Source: an uncultured Steroidobacteraceae bacterium
GTDB taxonomy: Bacteria; Pseudomonadota; Gammaproteobacteria; Steroidobacterales; Steroidobacteraceae
Direction: 5' to 3'
Length of the DNA stretch: 64,000 nucleotides
NCBI GenBank assembly: GCA_964626745.1
Contig: CAZVIF010000011.1
Span: 7,195 to 71,194 of the forward strand
Within the stretch, counting starts at the first letter, position 1; every line of letters begins with the position of its first letter. The notes under the pieces are model-generated. The model was given only the letters and a program-made list of their open reading frames with translations, did no database searches and was not told the DNA's origin. Both the position numbers and the translations under genes were made by a program. Positions 51,547 through 62,586 of this stretch are shown here, piece by piece.

Positions 51547-53664
51547 ATGAGCCGCGAACGTGGCCGCGCTTCGACAGGGATCGGTCCCTGGCTGGCCGGC
51601 CTGTGCGCCGTTGGCGCCATGGACCCGGTGACCGCGCAGGCACAAGTGGCCGACCCGGCAGGAACGGCAACGCTTGCGGAAGTGGTCGTCACCGCGCGAA
51701 GAATCGAGGAAAACCTGCAAGCCGTGCCGATGAGCGTGCAGGCGATCTCGGGCGAGTTGCTGGAAGCCACTGGCACGACCCGGTTGCTCGACCTGCAGTT
51801 TGCCGTGCCGGGACTCGTGATCAATACGACCGGGATGTTCGGCGCGGGCTTCTCGCTGCGCGGCGTCGCCGACCAGCGCGTCGCCGGCCTGGCGGTGGCG
51901 CCCCACCTCAACGGCATCTATCTCGGGGATGCCAGCCTCGCCATCGCCCGCATGTTCGACCTGGAGCGCATCGAGGTGCTCAAGGGCCCCCAGGGCACCC
52001 TGTACGGCCGCAATTCCACGGCCGGATCGATGAACCTCATCACGCGCGCTCCGCGGGACTCGTACAGCGCCGACGTCGAAGCCAGCTACGGGAGCTTCGA
52101 TACGATGCGCACCCAGGGGCACGTCAACGTACCGGCGGGCGGAGCCGCCATCCGCGTCGCCTTCATCGCCTCCGAGGGTGACGGATACATCCGCAATACC
52201 GTCGATCGCAGGACCTTCGCGGAGGAAGATTTCTGGGGCCTGCGTGCGTCACTGCGAATCGACGCCGGCGACGACCTCCGCATCGACGTGATGGCGCAGC
52301 ACATCCGGGACGACGGCGCGAGCGGCGATCTCTGGACGCCCCGACCCGATTTTCTCGCCGATCCGGATGACATCCGGCTGACGACCGTGACGCTCGACAA
52401 TCCTTACCTGATCTCGGACACCGACAACTTCAACGTCAACTTCCAGTACGACTTCGGCGCCGCGTCCTTGCGCTCGCTCACCGGCTACGCGCGCAGCGAC
52501 GTGCGGAACCTCGACGATTGCGCGGGAATGCCGGTGCTCATCGGCTGCGTGCGGGGAGCGAGCCCTTCCGAATACGACCAGTGGAGCCAGGAGTTCCAGC
52601 TGGTCTTTCCGGGCAGGGGTCCCTGGCAGGGGATCGTTGGCGCCTATTTCGCCGACTCCGATGACTTCCTGCATTTCCACCAGTTCATCCCGCGACTCAA
52701 CGCGCAAACGCTCAACGACCACGAGTCGAGTTCCGAGGACACTGCGGCGGCCGTTTTCGGCCAGGCGACCGTACGCCTGGCCGAGAACTGGAGCCTCACC
52801 GGCGGCCTGCGGCTGAGCTGGGAAGAGCAGCGCGTGCACAGGATCGGCACGGGCGTGAATGACGTCCCTCCGGTCCTGAGCGGCGAGGACGATTCGGACG
52901 ACGTCTCCTGGCGGCTGGACCTGCAGCGCGCCGTCTCAGACGACGTGCTGCTCTATGGTAGCGTCGCGACGGGGTACAAGAGCGGCGGCTTCGTCACGTC
53001 GACCCCGGGCCAGGACGGCCCCGATCGCTATGAGCCGGAGAACCTGACCGCCTACGAATTGGGCGGCAAGACCCAGTGGCTGGGCCGGCGCCTGACGCTC
53101 AACGCCGCTGCCTTCTACTACGACTTCACGGACATGCAGGTCAGCACGACGGTCATCGGCAGCGGCGGCGTGACGGTCGATGTCGACAACGCCGCAAGCG
53201 CGGAACTGTACGGCCTGGACGTCGAGTTTCATTTCCAGGCTTCGGAGCGGTTCCTCGTTTCCGCAGCGGCGGTGTGGCTCCCGCAGCGGGAGTTCGTCGA
53301 CTTCGACGAGAACTCGACCGGCGAATCGCTGACCGGCAACGAACTCGTCCGCGCGCCGGAATGGACGGCGACCGGCGCGTTCCACTACGAGCTCCCTCTC
53401 CACGACCTGGGCGCGCTGTCGGCGAGGCTCGAGTACAACTATCGAAGCGGCTACTTCTATACGCCAGACAACGATCCGGATATTTCCCAGGACGGCTTCG
53501 GGCTGCTCAACCTGTTCCTGCGGTTCGAGGCGGCGAGCGAATCGTGGTACCTGTTCGCGTCAGGCCGCAACCTGGCGGGCGAGGACTATTTCAACCAAAT
53601 CTTCTTCCAGTCCAGCCCCGGATACCCCGCCACCTACGAGGTTGGAGCCGGTTACCGCTTCTGA
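51547..53664 (+). CDS. TonB-dependent receptor
   Basis: ATG 51547. Plug motif EVVVTARRIEENLQAVPMSVQAI, a beta-barrel, and a terminal ...GAGYRF. Confidence 0.9.
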   Translation: MSRERGRASTGIGPWLAGLCAVGAMDPVTAQAQVADPAGTATLAEVVVTARRIEENLQAVPMSVQAISGELLEATGTTRLLDLQFAVPGLVINTTGMFGAGFSLRGVADQRVAGLAVAPHLNGIYLGDASLAIARMFDLERIEVLKGPQGTLYGRNSTAGSMNLITRAPRDSYSADVEASYGSFDTMRTQGHVNVPAGGAAIRVAFIASEGDGYIRNTVDRRTFAEEDFWGLRASLRIDAGDDLRIDVMAQHIRDDGASGDLWTPRPDFLADPDDIRLTTVTLDNPYLISDTDNFNVNFQYDFGAASLRSLTGYARSDVRNLDDCAGMPVLIGCVRGASPSEYDQWSQEFQLVFPGRGPWQGIVGAYFADSDDFLHFHQFIPRLNAQTLNDHESSSEDTAAAVFGQATVRLAENWSLTGGLRLSWEEQRVHRIGTGVNDVPPVLSGEDDSDDVSWRLDLQRAVSDDVLLYGSVATGYKSGGFVTSTPGQDGPDRYEPENLTAYELGGKTQWLGRRLTLNAAAFYYDFTDMQVSTTVIGSGGVTVDVDNAASAELYGLDVEFHFQASERFLVSAAAVWLPQREFVDFDENSTGESLTGNELVRAPEWTATGAFHYELPLHDLGALSARLEYNYRSGYFYTPDNDPDISQDGFGLLNLFLRFEAASESWYLFASGRNLAGEDYFNQIFFQSSPGYPATYEVGAGYRF

Positions 53665-53850
53665 TGCGGCTGGGTTGGACAGTTCGGTGCGCGATGCGTA
53701 TCCCGGCATGCCTTTCACGCTCCAGCTGTTCGGCGTGGACGGCAACGACTACCCGGGCGTTCTCGGTTGCTCCGGGCCGAACGTCGAGATGCCGGAAGGC
53801 ACCGACGTGGTCGTCAAGGCGCGGCGCACCGGCACAGCGTCAGGTGAAAT

Positions 53851-53874
53851 GAGACCCCGCCGAAGCGGGGTCTC
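53851..53874. terminator. perfect 10-bp stem hairpin GAGACCCCGC-CGAA-GCGGGGTCTC between convergent genes
   Basis: Seen directly in the sequence. There is no clear T-tract on either strand. Confidence 0.45.
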
Positions 53875-53918
53875 TGAAGTCCTGCCGCGAACTTCCCGCC
53901 GACGCGCCTGCTTGCCTG

Positions 53919-54581
53919 TCAGTCGACGGTGATGCGCTTGCCGGTCACGACGCCTGCGGCATCGAGCGCCGGAATGTGATTGCCGTCGGTGTCGTAGTTC
54001 GTCGCCTTCCACGTGCCCCGGTAGGCGTTGCCGCTGTCATTGAGCCGCAGCCTGACCTGCAGCTCGAAGTGTCCGGCGAACGTGCCCGGCACTCCAAAGG
54101 GGCCGTTATCCGGCAACCAGTTCCACGTCATGTGACTGAGCTTGTAGGTGCCAGGGCCGGTGCGCTTCCACACGCCGACGCAGACGTTGCCCAACGCGGG
54201 CGGCAGGCCGTTACTGACGATCATCTCCGTTCCGTCGGAGTGAAACTGCTGGAAGACCTCGTCATACACGGGGCCGGACGAATCGCCGATGCGCAGGACG
54301 GCCTGCCACATGCCGACGACGGAGCCCGCTCCGGCGCCGCTGACGAGCGCGTATTCGGCGCCGTCGCCGACGAGCGACTCGTCCCCGAACACCAGGTCGG
54401 AATCGTCCACGAGCAAGTCATTCACGCGCGCCTCAGGGGCGCCAGCCATGGCCATCCTCGACGGCATGAGGCTCGGGTTCTTGCAGGCGAGCGCAGACGT
54501 GCTGACCAGCGCGGACACGAGGATCGCTGCGGGTGCAAGGGCCCGCAAGACGAGCGGGCGGTTCAGGTGATTGAAATGCAT
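53919..54581 (-). CDS. secreted hypothetical protein (paralogue family with 45853..46359)
   Basis: 220 aa with signal ...LVSALVSTSALA. It shares VVGMWQ / FHSDGT / GVWKRTGPGTY / YDTDGN motifs with the 45853 gene product. Confidence 0.65.
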   Translation of the reverse strand: MHFNHLNRPLVLRALAPAAILVSALVSTSALACKNPSLMPSRMAMAGAPEARVNDLLVDDSDLVFGDESLVGDGAEYALVSGAGAGSVVGMWQAVLRIGDSSGPVYDEVFQQFHSDGTEMIVSNGLPPALGNVCVGVWKRTGPGTYKLSHMTWNWLPDNGPFGVPGTFAGHFELQVRLRLNDSGNAYRGTWKATNYDTDGNHIPALDAAGVVTGKRITVD

Positions 54582-54738
54582 GACGATTCCCCCTTTTCAC
54601 ATAGTTGGACGCGAACGCATCGCGCCGGTGAGGCAATGTCCTCAAGCGCTCCAGGAGGAGCAACCGACGCCAAGGGACATCCGCTCCATGTCCGCTAATG
54701 TCCGGAGGCATAATCCGCGCAGGGAGGGCGCGACTGGC

Positions 54739-56484
54739 ATGTCGTCAAATGGGCCTGACGACCGGCTGGAGTCATGGAAGGCGATAGCCGGCTACCTACG
54801 GCGCACCGAGCGGACGGCGCGACGCTGGGAGAGGCATGAAGGTCTCCCGGTCCACCGGCTCTCCCACCACGACCGCAGCTCGGTGTATGCCTTCAAGAAC
54901 GAGCTGGATGCCTGGCGCGCGGCACGTTCCACCGAGCTGCCGAATGTCGAAGCCGACGCCCCGCGCGGCCACAGCCGGCGCCTGAAGCTGGCGCTGGCCG
55001 CCTCGCTCGTCGCAGCCGCCGCGGGGATCGGCGGCTATCTGTGGTGGCGCGCCCCGGATCCGCCCGTTGCAGGCGTACCCACGCTCGCCGTGCTGCCGTT
55101 CACCATCGAGTCCGCCGATACGGAGACGGAACACCTCGGCGGGGCCGTCGCTCAATCGCTGGTGGACCAGCTCGCGCGCGCTTCCGACCTGCGCGTGCGG
55201 CCGTTCGCCTCTTCGCTGCGCAACTACCGCGAGGCAGAAGAGCCAGCCGCCATCGGGCAGCGCATGGGCGTGGACATGATCGTCGCGGGCCAGGTCGAAG
55301 CGCGCGGTAACGACCTGACGATCAAGGTCTCCATGGTGGACGTTGCGGCAAACTCGCAGATCTGGGGGTCTTCGTTTGCGACGACCTTCGGGGACCTGGG
55401 CCTCCTCCAGGAACGGATGGCGCGGACCTTGTGGGAGGAGGCTTCGCGCCACCGTTACGGTGCCGACCGTCCGCTTCCCCCGTTCAACTCGACCGAGCGC
55501 CTGTCCAGAAACGCCGAGGCCGTGCGTCACTACTTGCGGGCCTCGGGGCCTTTCAGTCTTAATCGCGGGCCGATCCAGCACGTGATCAGCGAGCTTCACA
55601 GGGCCGTGGAGCTGGATCCGGATTTTGCCGCCGCACACTCGCAGCTGTCGGCGACTTACATGGCGTACGCAGTGTATGGCGACCTGCCGGCTACGGAGAC
55701 CTACCCCCTGGGGAAGACGCACGCGCTCCGGGCCCTCGCGCTCGATCCCCGCTCGGCCTTCGCCCGCAGGACCCTGGCCGCGGTCAGTCACTGGTACGAC
55801 TACGATCATGTGCTCGCCGAGCAGCAGTTCCGCGCCGCCATCGCCGCAGCGCCGAACGACGCCGGCACGCGCAACTGGTACGCCGAGTTCCTGATCGACA
55901 TGCGCAGGTTCGACGAGGCGCTCGCGTCCGCCCGGGCTTCCGAGGAGCGGGATCCGGGCTGGCTGGTACCGCTGGTCAATCGTGGCAACGTGCTGTTGTA
56001 TGCCGGTCGCCCGGAAGAGGCCATCCCCGTCTATCGGCAGGCACTCGAGATCGAGCCCGGGTTCGGGTTTGCGCGCCACCAGCTCGCCCATGCGTACGTC
56101 GTGATGGGCCGGTACGCCGAGGCGCTTCCGGAATTCGAGCGCGCAAACAAGGATAGCGGGGCTACGCCGTTCTCGATGGCATCGCTCGCGTATGGTCTCG
56201 CGCGCGCGGGACGGCCTGCAGAAGCGGAAGAAATGATCCGGGAATTCGAGCGCCGCAGGAAGGCCGGCTTTTATCCCGCGTTCACGCTCGCCAATGCCCA
56301 CATGGGACTCGGCAACGTCGAGCAGGCGCTGGACTGGCTCGAGCTCTCCGTCGATGAGAAGCTGTTCGGCTACTATTTCCCGAGCGTGGGCCAGGTGTGG
56401 GATCCTCTTCGCGGGCACCCACGATTCCGGCGTGTGCTTCAGCGGTTCGGTGTCCCGGACACGTCGAGCGACAGCAAGGCTTGA
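54739..56484 (+). CDS. membrane-anchored regulator-like protein: N-terminal HTH-like segment, one TM, TPR repeats
   Basis: ATG 54739 has a GGGAGGG SD. ESWKAIAGYLRRTERTARRWERHEGLPVHRL is HTH-like. The TM helix is LKLALAASLVAAAAGIGGYLWW and the C-terminus has TPR repeats. Confidence 0.7.
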   Translation: MSSNGPDDRLESWKAIAGYLRRTERTARRWERHEGLPVHRLSHHDRSSVYAFKNELDAWRAARSTELPNVEADAPRGHSRRLKLALAASLVAAAAGIGGYLWWRAPDPPVAGVPTLAVLPFTIESADTETEHLGGAVAQSLVDQLARASDLRVRPFASSLRNYREAEEPAAIGQRMGVDMIVAGQVEARGNDLTIKVSMVDVAANSQIWGSSFATTFGDLGLLQERMARTLWEEASRHRYGADRPLPPFNSTERLSRNAEAVRHYLRASGPFSLNRGPIQHVISELHRAVELDPDFAAAHSQLSATYMAYAVYGDLPATETYPLGKTHALRALALDPRSAFARRTLAAVSHWYDYDHVLAEQQFRAAIAAAPNDAGTRNWYAEFLIDMRRFDEALASARASEERDPGWLVPLVNRGNVLLYAGRPEEAIPVYRQALEIEPGFGFARHQLAHAYVVMGRYAEALPEFERANKDSGATPFSMASLAYGLARAGRPAEAEEMIREFERRRKAGFYPAFTLANAHMGLGNVEQALDWLELSVDEKLFGYYFPSVGQVWDPLRGHPRFRRVLQRFGVPDTSSDSKA

Positions 56485-56509
56485 GACGCGCAACTGATTG
56501 GGGGGGCAC

Positions 56510-58009
56510 ATGATCAATCGTCGTCGTTTCGTCCAGTCCTCGGTGGCCGCCGCGGTCGCGTATGCGCTTCCTGCGCCGAAGCTCCATGCGCTTGACCAGG
56601 CGGCGTCGCAGGCCGCCGGCGGGCTCGCCGCGGTCAGGCTCGACGGCTCGGCGACGGTCATCGAGCAGGCCGCGGTCGCCGAACTCAAGGGAAGCCTGCG
56701 CGGGCCGCTGCTGCTCGCCGGCGATGCGGGCTACGACTCCGCCCGCCGGATCCTGCACCCGCAGTTCGACAAGCGCCCGGCGCTCATCGTGCAGCCGACC
56801 GGCGCCGCGGACGTCCGCAACGCCGTCACCTTTGCGCGCGAGCGCGAGCTGCTGCTGGCCGTGAAGTGCGGCGGCCACAGCTTCTCGGGCAAGTCCACCT
56901 GCGACGGCGGCCTGCAGATCGACCTGTCCCGCCTGCGCGGCGTCCGGGTGGACCCGAAGGCACGTCGCGCCTACGTCGAGGGCGGCAGCCTCCTGGGCGA
57001 ACTCGATCACGAGACGATGGCGCATGGCCTCGTGACGACGGCCGGCACCGTATCCCACACGGGCGTCGGCGGCCTGACGCTCGGCGGCGGCTTCGGGCGC
57101 GTCGCGCGACGCTTTGGCCTCGCGCTCGACAACGTGAAGTCCGTGGACATCGTGACGGCCGACGGCCAGCTCCGCCACGCAAGCGCGGAGGAGAACCCCG
57201 ACCTGTTCTGGGCGGTACGCGGCGGCGGTGGCAACTTCGGCATCGTCACGGGGTTCGAGTTCGGGCTGCATCCGATGCAGCGGCAGATCGTCGGCGGCGA
57301 GATCGTCTTTCCGGTCGAGCGCGCGCGCGAGCTGCTCGAGTTCTACGCGGAGTACAGCGCGCAGGCGCCCGACGAGCTGTACGTGGACTTTGAGATGAAC
57401 TCCTCCATCAGCGGCAAGGGCGACGCGGTAGTGATTCAGGCCTGCTATTCGGGGCCGGCCTCCGAGGCCGATCGCGTGCTGGCGCCGCTGCGCAAGCTGG
57501 GCAAGCCAATCGAAGACACGATCCGGGCGCAGGATTACGTCGCGCTCCAGCGCAGCGGGGACTACACCGATGCGCGCAACACCGGCGAGTATCTCAAGGC
57601 CGGCTTCATCACCGGCTACTCCGCCGGGTTGATGGACGCGGTCTTCGACGGATTCCAGCCGGACCCCGAGCGCGGCACCTACTTCTTCCACCAGCACGGA
57701 GGCGGCGCCATCAGCCGGGTCGCGACGGACGCCACCGCGTTCCCGCACCGCCACCCGACGCTCGAGATCTTCGCCGTCGTCAGCTGGGACCTGGCCAGGG
57801 ACGGCAAGCGCCACGTCGACTACGTCAAGGACTACTGGTCGAAGCTGCTGCCCTTCACCGACGGCTACTACGTCAACGAGGTCGCGGACGAGCACCAGCC
57901 GAAGATCGACGAGAACTACCGCGGCAACATCGCGCGACTGCGACGGATCAAGCGCGAGTACGATCCCCAGAACCTGTTCCGGCTGAACGCAAACATCCAG
58001 CCGGCATAA
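56510..58009 (+). CDS. Tat-signal FAD-linked oxidase (BBE/VAO family)
   Basis: ATG 56510 is followed by twin-arginine leader MINRRRFVQSSVAAAVAYALPAPKLHA. The FAD-binding motif VKCGGHSFSG and a C-terminal BBE-like segment (NYRGNIARLRRIKREYDPQNLF) are present. Confidence 0.85.
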   Translation: MINRRRFVQSSVAAAVAYALPAPKLHALDQAASQAAGGLAAVRLDGSATVIEQAAVAELKGSLRGPLLLAGDAGYDSARRILHPQFDKRPALIVQPTGAADVRNAVTFARERELLLAVKCGGHSFSGKSTCDGGLQIDLSRLRGVRVDPKARRAYVEGGSLLGELDHETMAHGLVTTAGTVSHTGVGGLTLGGGFGRVARRFGLALDNVKSVDIVTADGQLRHASAEENPDLFWAVRGGGGNFGIVTGFEFGLHPMQRQIVGGEIVFPVERARELLEFYAEYSAQAPDELYVDFEMNSSISGKGDAVVIQACYSGPASEADRVLAPLRKLGKPIEDTIRAQDYVALQRSGDYTDARNTGEYLKAGFITGYSAGLMDAVFDGFQPDPERGTYFFHQHGGGAISRVATDATAFPHRHPTLEIFAVVSWDLARDGKRHVDYVKDYWSKLLPFTDGYYVNEVADEHQPKIDENYRGNIARLRRIKREYDPQNLFRLNANIQPA

Positions 58010-58023
58010 GGCGCTTCCGCAGG

Positions 58024-59379
58024 CTACCAGTACAGCATCGGCGACTTGTCCAACAGCTCGACGCCCGTCTCGGTGACGATGAAGTTGTTCTCGAAGCCCA
58101 CGTTCCCGACGCCGGACCGGCTTAGAAAGGCCTCCGTCGTGAGCACCATGCCCGGCGTCACGGGTTCCGAAAGGCGCCGGTAGCCAAACAAACCGATATC
58201 TTCGGCGCCCATGGTCAGGGTGTAACCGGGGAACGAGGTCGCAAGTCCGTGGCCGAAAGCATGGCCCGAATTGCCGCTCTCCGGATTCCCGCCATTGAAG
58301 TACCCCGCTTTCTTCTCGATCTTCGCCCAATGAATGCCGACTTCCGCCGGCGTGGCACCCGGTTTGATCGCGCGCATCATCTCGTCGGTGTACTTCGCGC
58401 AGTCCTCGACGAGCGAACGCTGCGCCGCCGTCGGACGGGCGCCGCAAACCGACGACCGGCCCGGATCCATCCAATAACCGGCGAAGATGGGGCCGTATAT
58501 CCAGACTGTCACCAGATCGCCGGCGGCCGGTGCGGTCATGTTGTACCCGTAGTAGTCCTTGTTCAGCACGTTCTGCATCTGAGGACCGTGGTTGACCGAG
58601 ATGCGGTGGAAGCCACCGCCGCCGGCCATCAAGACCGACGCGGCGCGCGCGGCAGCCTCGCAGCTACGCTGTCCCGCGATGATTGCCTTCATTGCCGCGT
58701 CCAGCGCAGATGACACGAGGGCGCCCGCCTCCCGGTACACCTCCAGTTCGCGCCTGCTCTTGATGAGCTGCGGCCCCTCGAGCAGCTGGTGCGTCGCTAC
58801 CCACTCAATCTGCGCGGTATGGCGACGCAGCAGACGATCTGACATTCCGGGCAGCACATCGTCGCCAACGACCGCGACGCGCCCTTCGATGCCGGCATCG
58901 CGCAGGTATTCGGCGAACCGGACCATCATGTTGGGCTTGTGCATCACGATCTTGCCGACCACGATGTTTGGCCGGTCAATGCTTTCCTCGTCCATGCCGA
59001 TGTGCAGCTCGGGCTCCTGGCCTTTGCGGATCAGCACGGCGGAGAACGTCCACGGTGCGCCGGTCGCGTCGGTGGGCGGGTCCTGTCCCGTTCCGTACGT
59101 CTGGAAGTTGGTCAGCCAGTAGACGTCACCGACCTTGTCGTAGGTGCCGGCAGAGCGCTGCCAGACGACGAGATTCTCGAACCCGGCAGCTGCCATCGCC
59201 GCTTGCACACTGGACCATCGCGCTTCGTATTCCTCGCGCGTGAAGCCGATCGGCGATCCCGGCGGCGGGCCGGAGCCATGGAGCTCCGCGCCCGCGGCAC
59301 GCGCGCCGAAGCCGGCCATCGAGGCGAACAGCGCCGAGGTGGCGCCCGACTTCAGGAATCCGCGTCGGTCGATCGTCAT
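58024..59379 (-). CDS. Tat-signal M24 family metallopeptidase (Xaa-Pro peptidase/creatinase-like)
   Basis: 451 aa with leader MTIDRRGFLKSGATSALFASMAGFGARAAGA. It has a creatinase-like N-domain and a pita-bread fold C-domain pattern. Confidence 0.75.
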   Translation of the reverse strand: MTIDRRGFLKSGATSALFASMAGFGARAAGAELHGSGPPPGSPIGFTREEYEARWSSVQAAMAAAGFENLVVWQRSAGTYDKVGDVYWLTNFQTYGTGQDPPTDATGAPWTFSAVLIRKGQEPELHIGMDEESIDRPNIVVGKIVMHKPNMMVRFAEYLRDAGIEGRVAVVGDDVLPGMSDRLLRRHTAQIEWVATHQLLEGPQLIKSRRELEVYREAGALVSSALDAAMKAIIAGQRSCEAAARAASVLMAGGGGFHRISVNHGPQMQNVLNKDYYGYNMTAPAAGDLVTVWIYGPIFAGYWMDPGRSSVCGARPTAAQRSLVEDCAKYTDEMMRAIKPGATPAEVGIHWAKIEKKAGYFNGGNPESGNSGHAFGHGLATSFPGYTLTMGAEDIGLFGYRRLSEPVTPGMVLTTEAFLSRSGVGNVGFENNFIVTETGVELLDKSPMLYW

Positions 59380-59389
59380 GCGGTCACCT

Positions 59390-60349
59390 TCACTCCGCCA
59401 GGAAGCGCGCGACGGCCTCGTTGAACGCCGCGTTCTGGTCGACCATGGTCATGTGCGCGCTGCGCGGGATCTCGACCAGCCGCGACCCGGCCAGCGCCTC
59501 GTGGGACTCCCGCGCGGTCGCGTCGCTGACCATGTCGTGGTCGCCGTAGATCACCAGCGCCGGGATCCTCAGCGTGCGCAGCCCCGGCGTGAAATCGAAG
59601 CCCTTCAGGTTGCCGTCGATGTGGAAGTCGCTCTTCGCGCCCCACACCGTGTTCAGCACGTCCCAGCCCAGCGACTCGCCCGCCTCGCTCCAGGCCGGCG
59701 GCCGCACGTGGTAACTGTAGGGTGCCAGCGCCTCGTCGGCCAGCTGCCGGTACTCCTGCAGCTGCGCGCCGTCGGGTCCGATGATGCCGCCCGCCTCCAG
59801 CGCCTCGATGCGTGCACGCAGTTTCGGGTCCAGCGCCGCCTTGATGTTCCGGAAGTCCTCGTTGACGCGTGCCGCCGACGAGCCGGTGCTCGCGAGGATC
59901 AGCCGCCGGATGCCGGCCGGGTACCGGATGGCCACTTCCTGCGCCAGGATCCCGCCGAAGGAATGCCCGAGCAAGTCAATCTGGCCGAGGCCGAGCGCAA
60001 CCCGGACCGCCTCGACATCGGACGCCATGGTTTCCAGGTTGTACTGCCCGTGATCCTCGAGCCGCTGCGACTTCCCGCTTCCGCGCTCGTCGATGAGCAC
60101 GAGCTGCCGGTCCCTCGCAAGCGGCAGCACCCAGGGCAGGAAGTAGTCATGCGTCGAGCCCGGCCCGCCGTGCAGCAGCAGGAGCGGTCGCCCGCGGCCG
60201 ATCGTCTTGTAGTAAACGACCGCGGAGCCCGTATCGACGTAGCCCTCGGTCTGCGGGAGATTCGCCGGCGTCGCGCGGTTCTCGGCCGACCACGCGACCG
60301 TCCCCGTGAGCAGCGCGGCCGTCAGCAGGCAGGCGTGGATTCGACTCAT
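59390..60349 (-). CDS. exported alpha/beta hydrolase, proline iminopeptidase-like
   Basis: ATG 60349 has an AGGAG SD and signal MSRIHACLLTAALLTGTVAWSA. HGGPG oxyanion motif and GHSFGG nucleophile elbow are present. Confidence 0.85.
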   Translation of the reverse strand: MSRIHACLLTAALLTGTVAWSAENRATPANLPQTEGYVDTGSAVVYYKTIGRGRPLLLLHGGPGSTHDYFLPWVLPLARDRQLVLIDERGSGKSQRLEDHGQYNLETMASDVEAVRVALGLGQIDLLGHSFGGILAQEVAIRYPAGIRRLILASTGSSAARVNEDFRNIKAALDPKLRARIEALEAGGIIGPDGAQLQEYRQLADEALAPYSYHVRPPAWSEAGESLGWDVLNTVWGAKSDFHIDGNLKGFDFTPGLRTLRIPALVIYGDHDMVSDATARESHEALAGSRLVEIPRSAHMTMVDQNAAFNEAVARFLAE

Positions 60350-60359
60350 GGGCGGCTCC

Positions 60360-62570
<2,211 letters not shown>

Positions 62571-62586
62571 GTGTGCGGTTCCTGTT

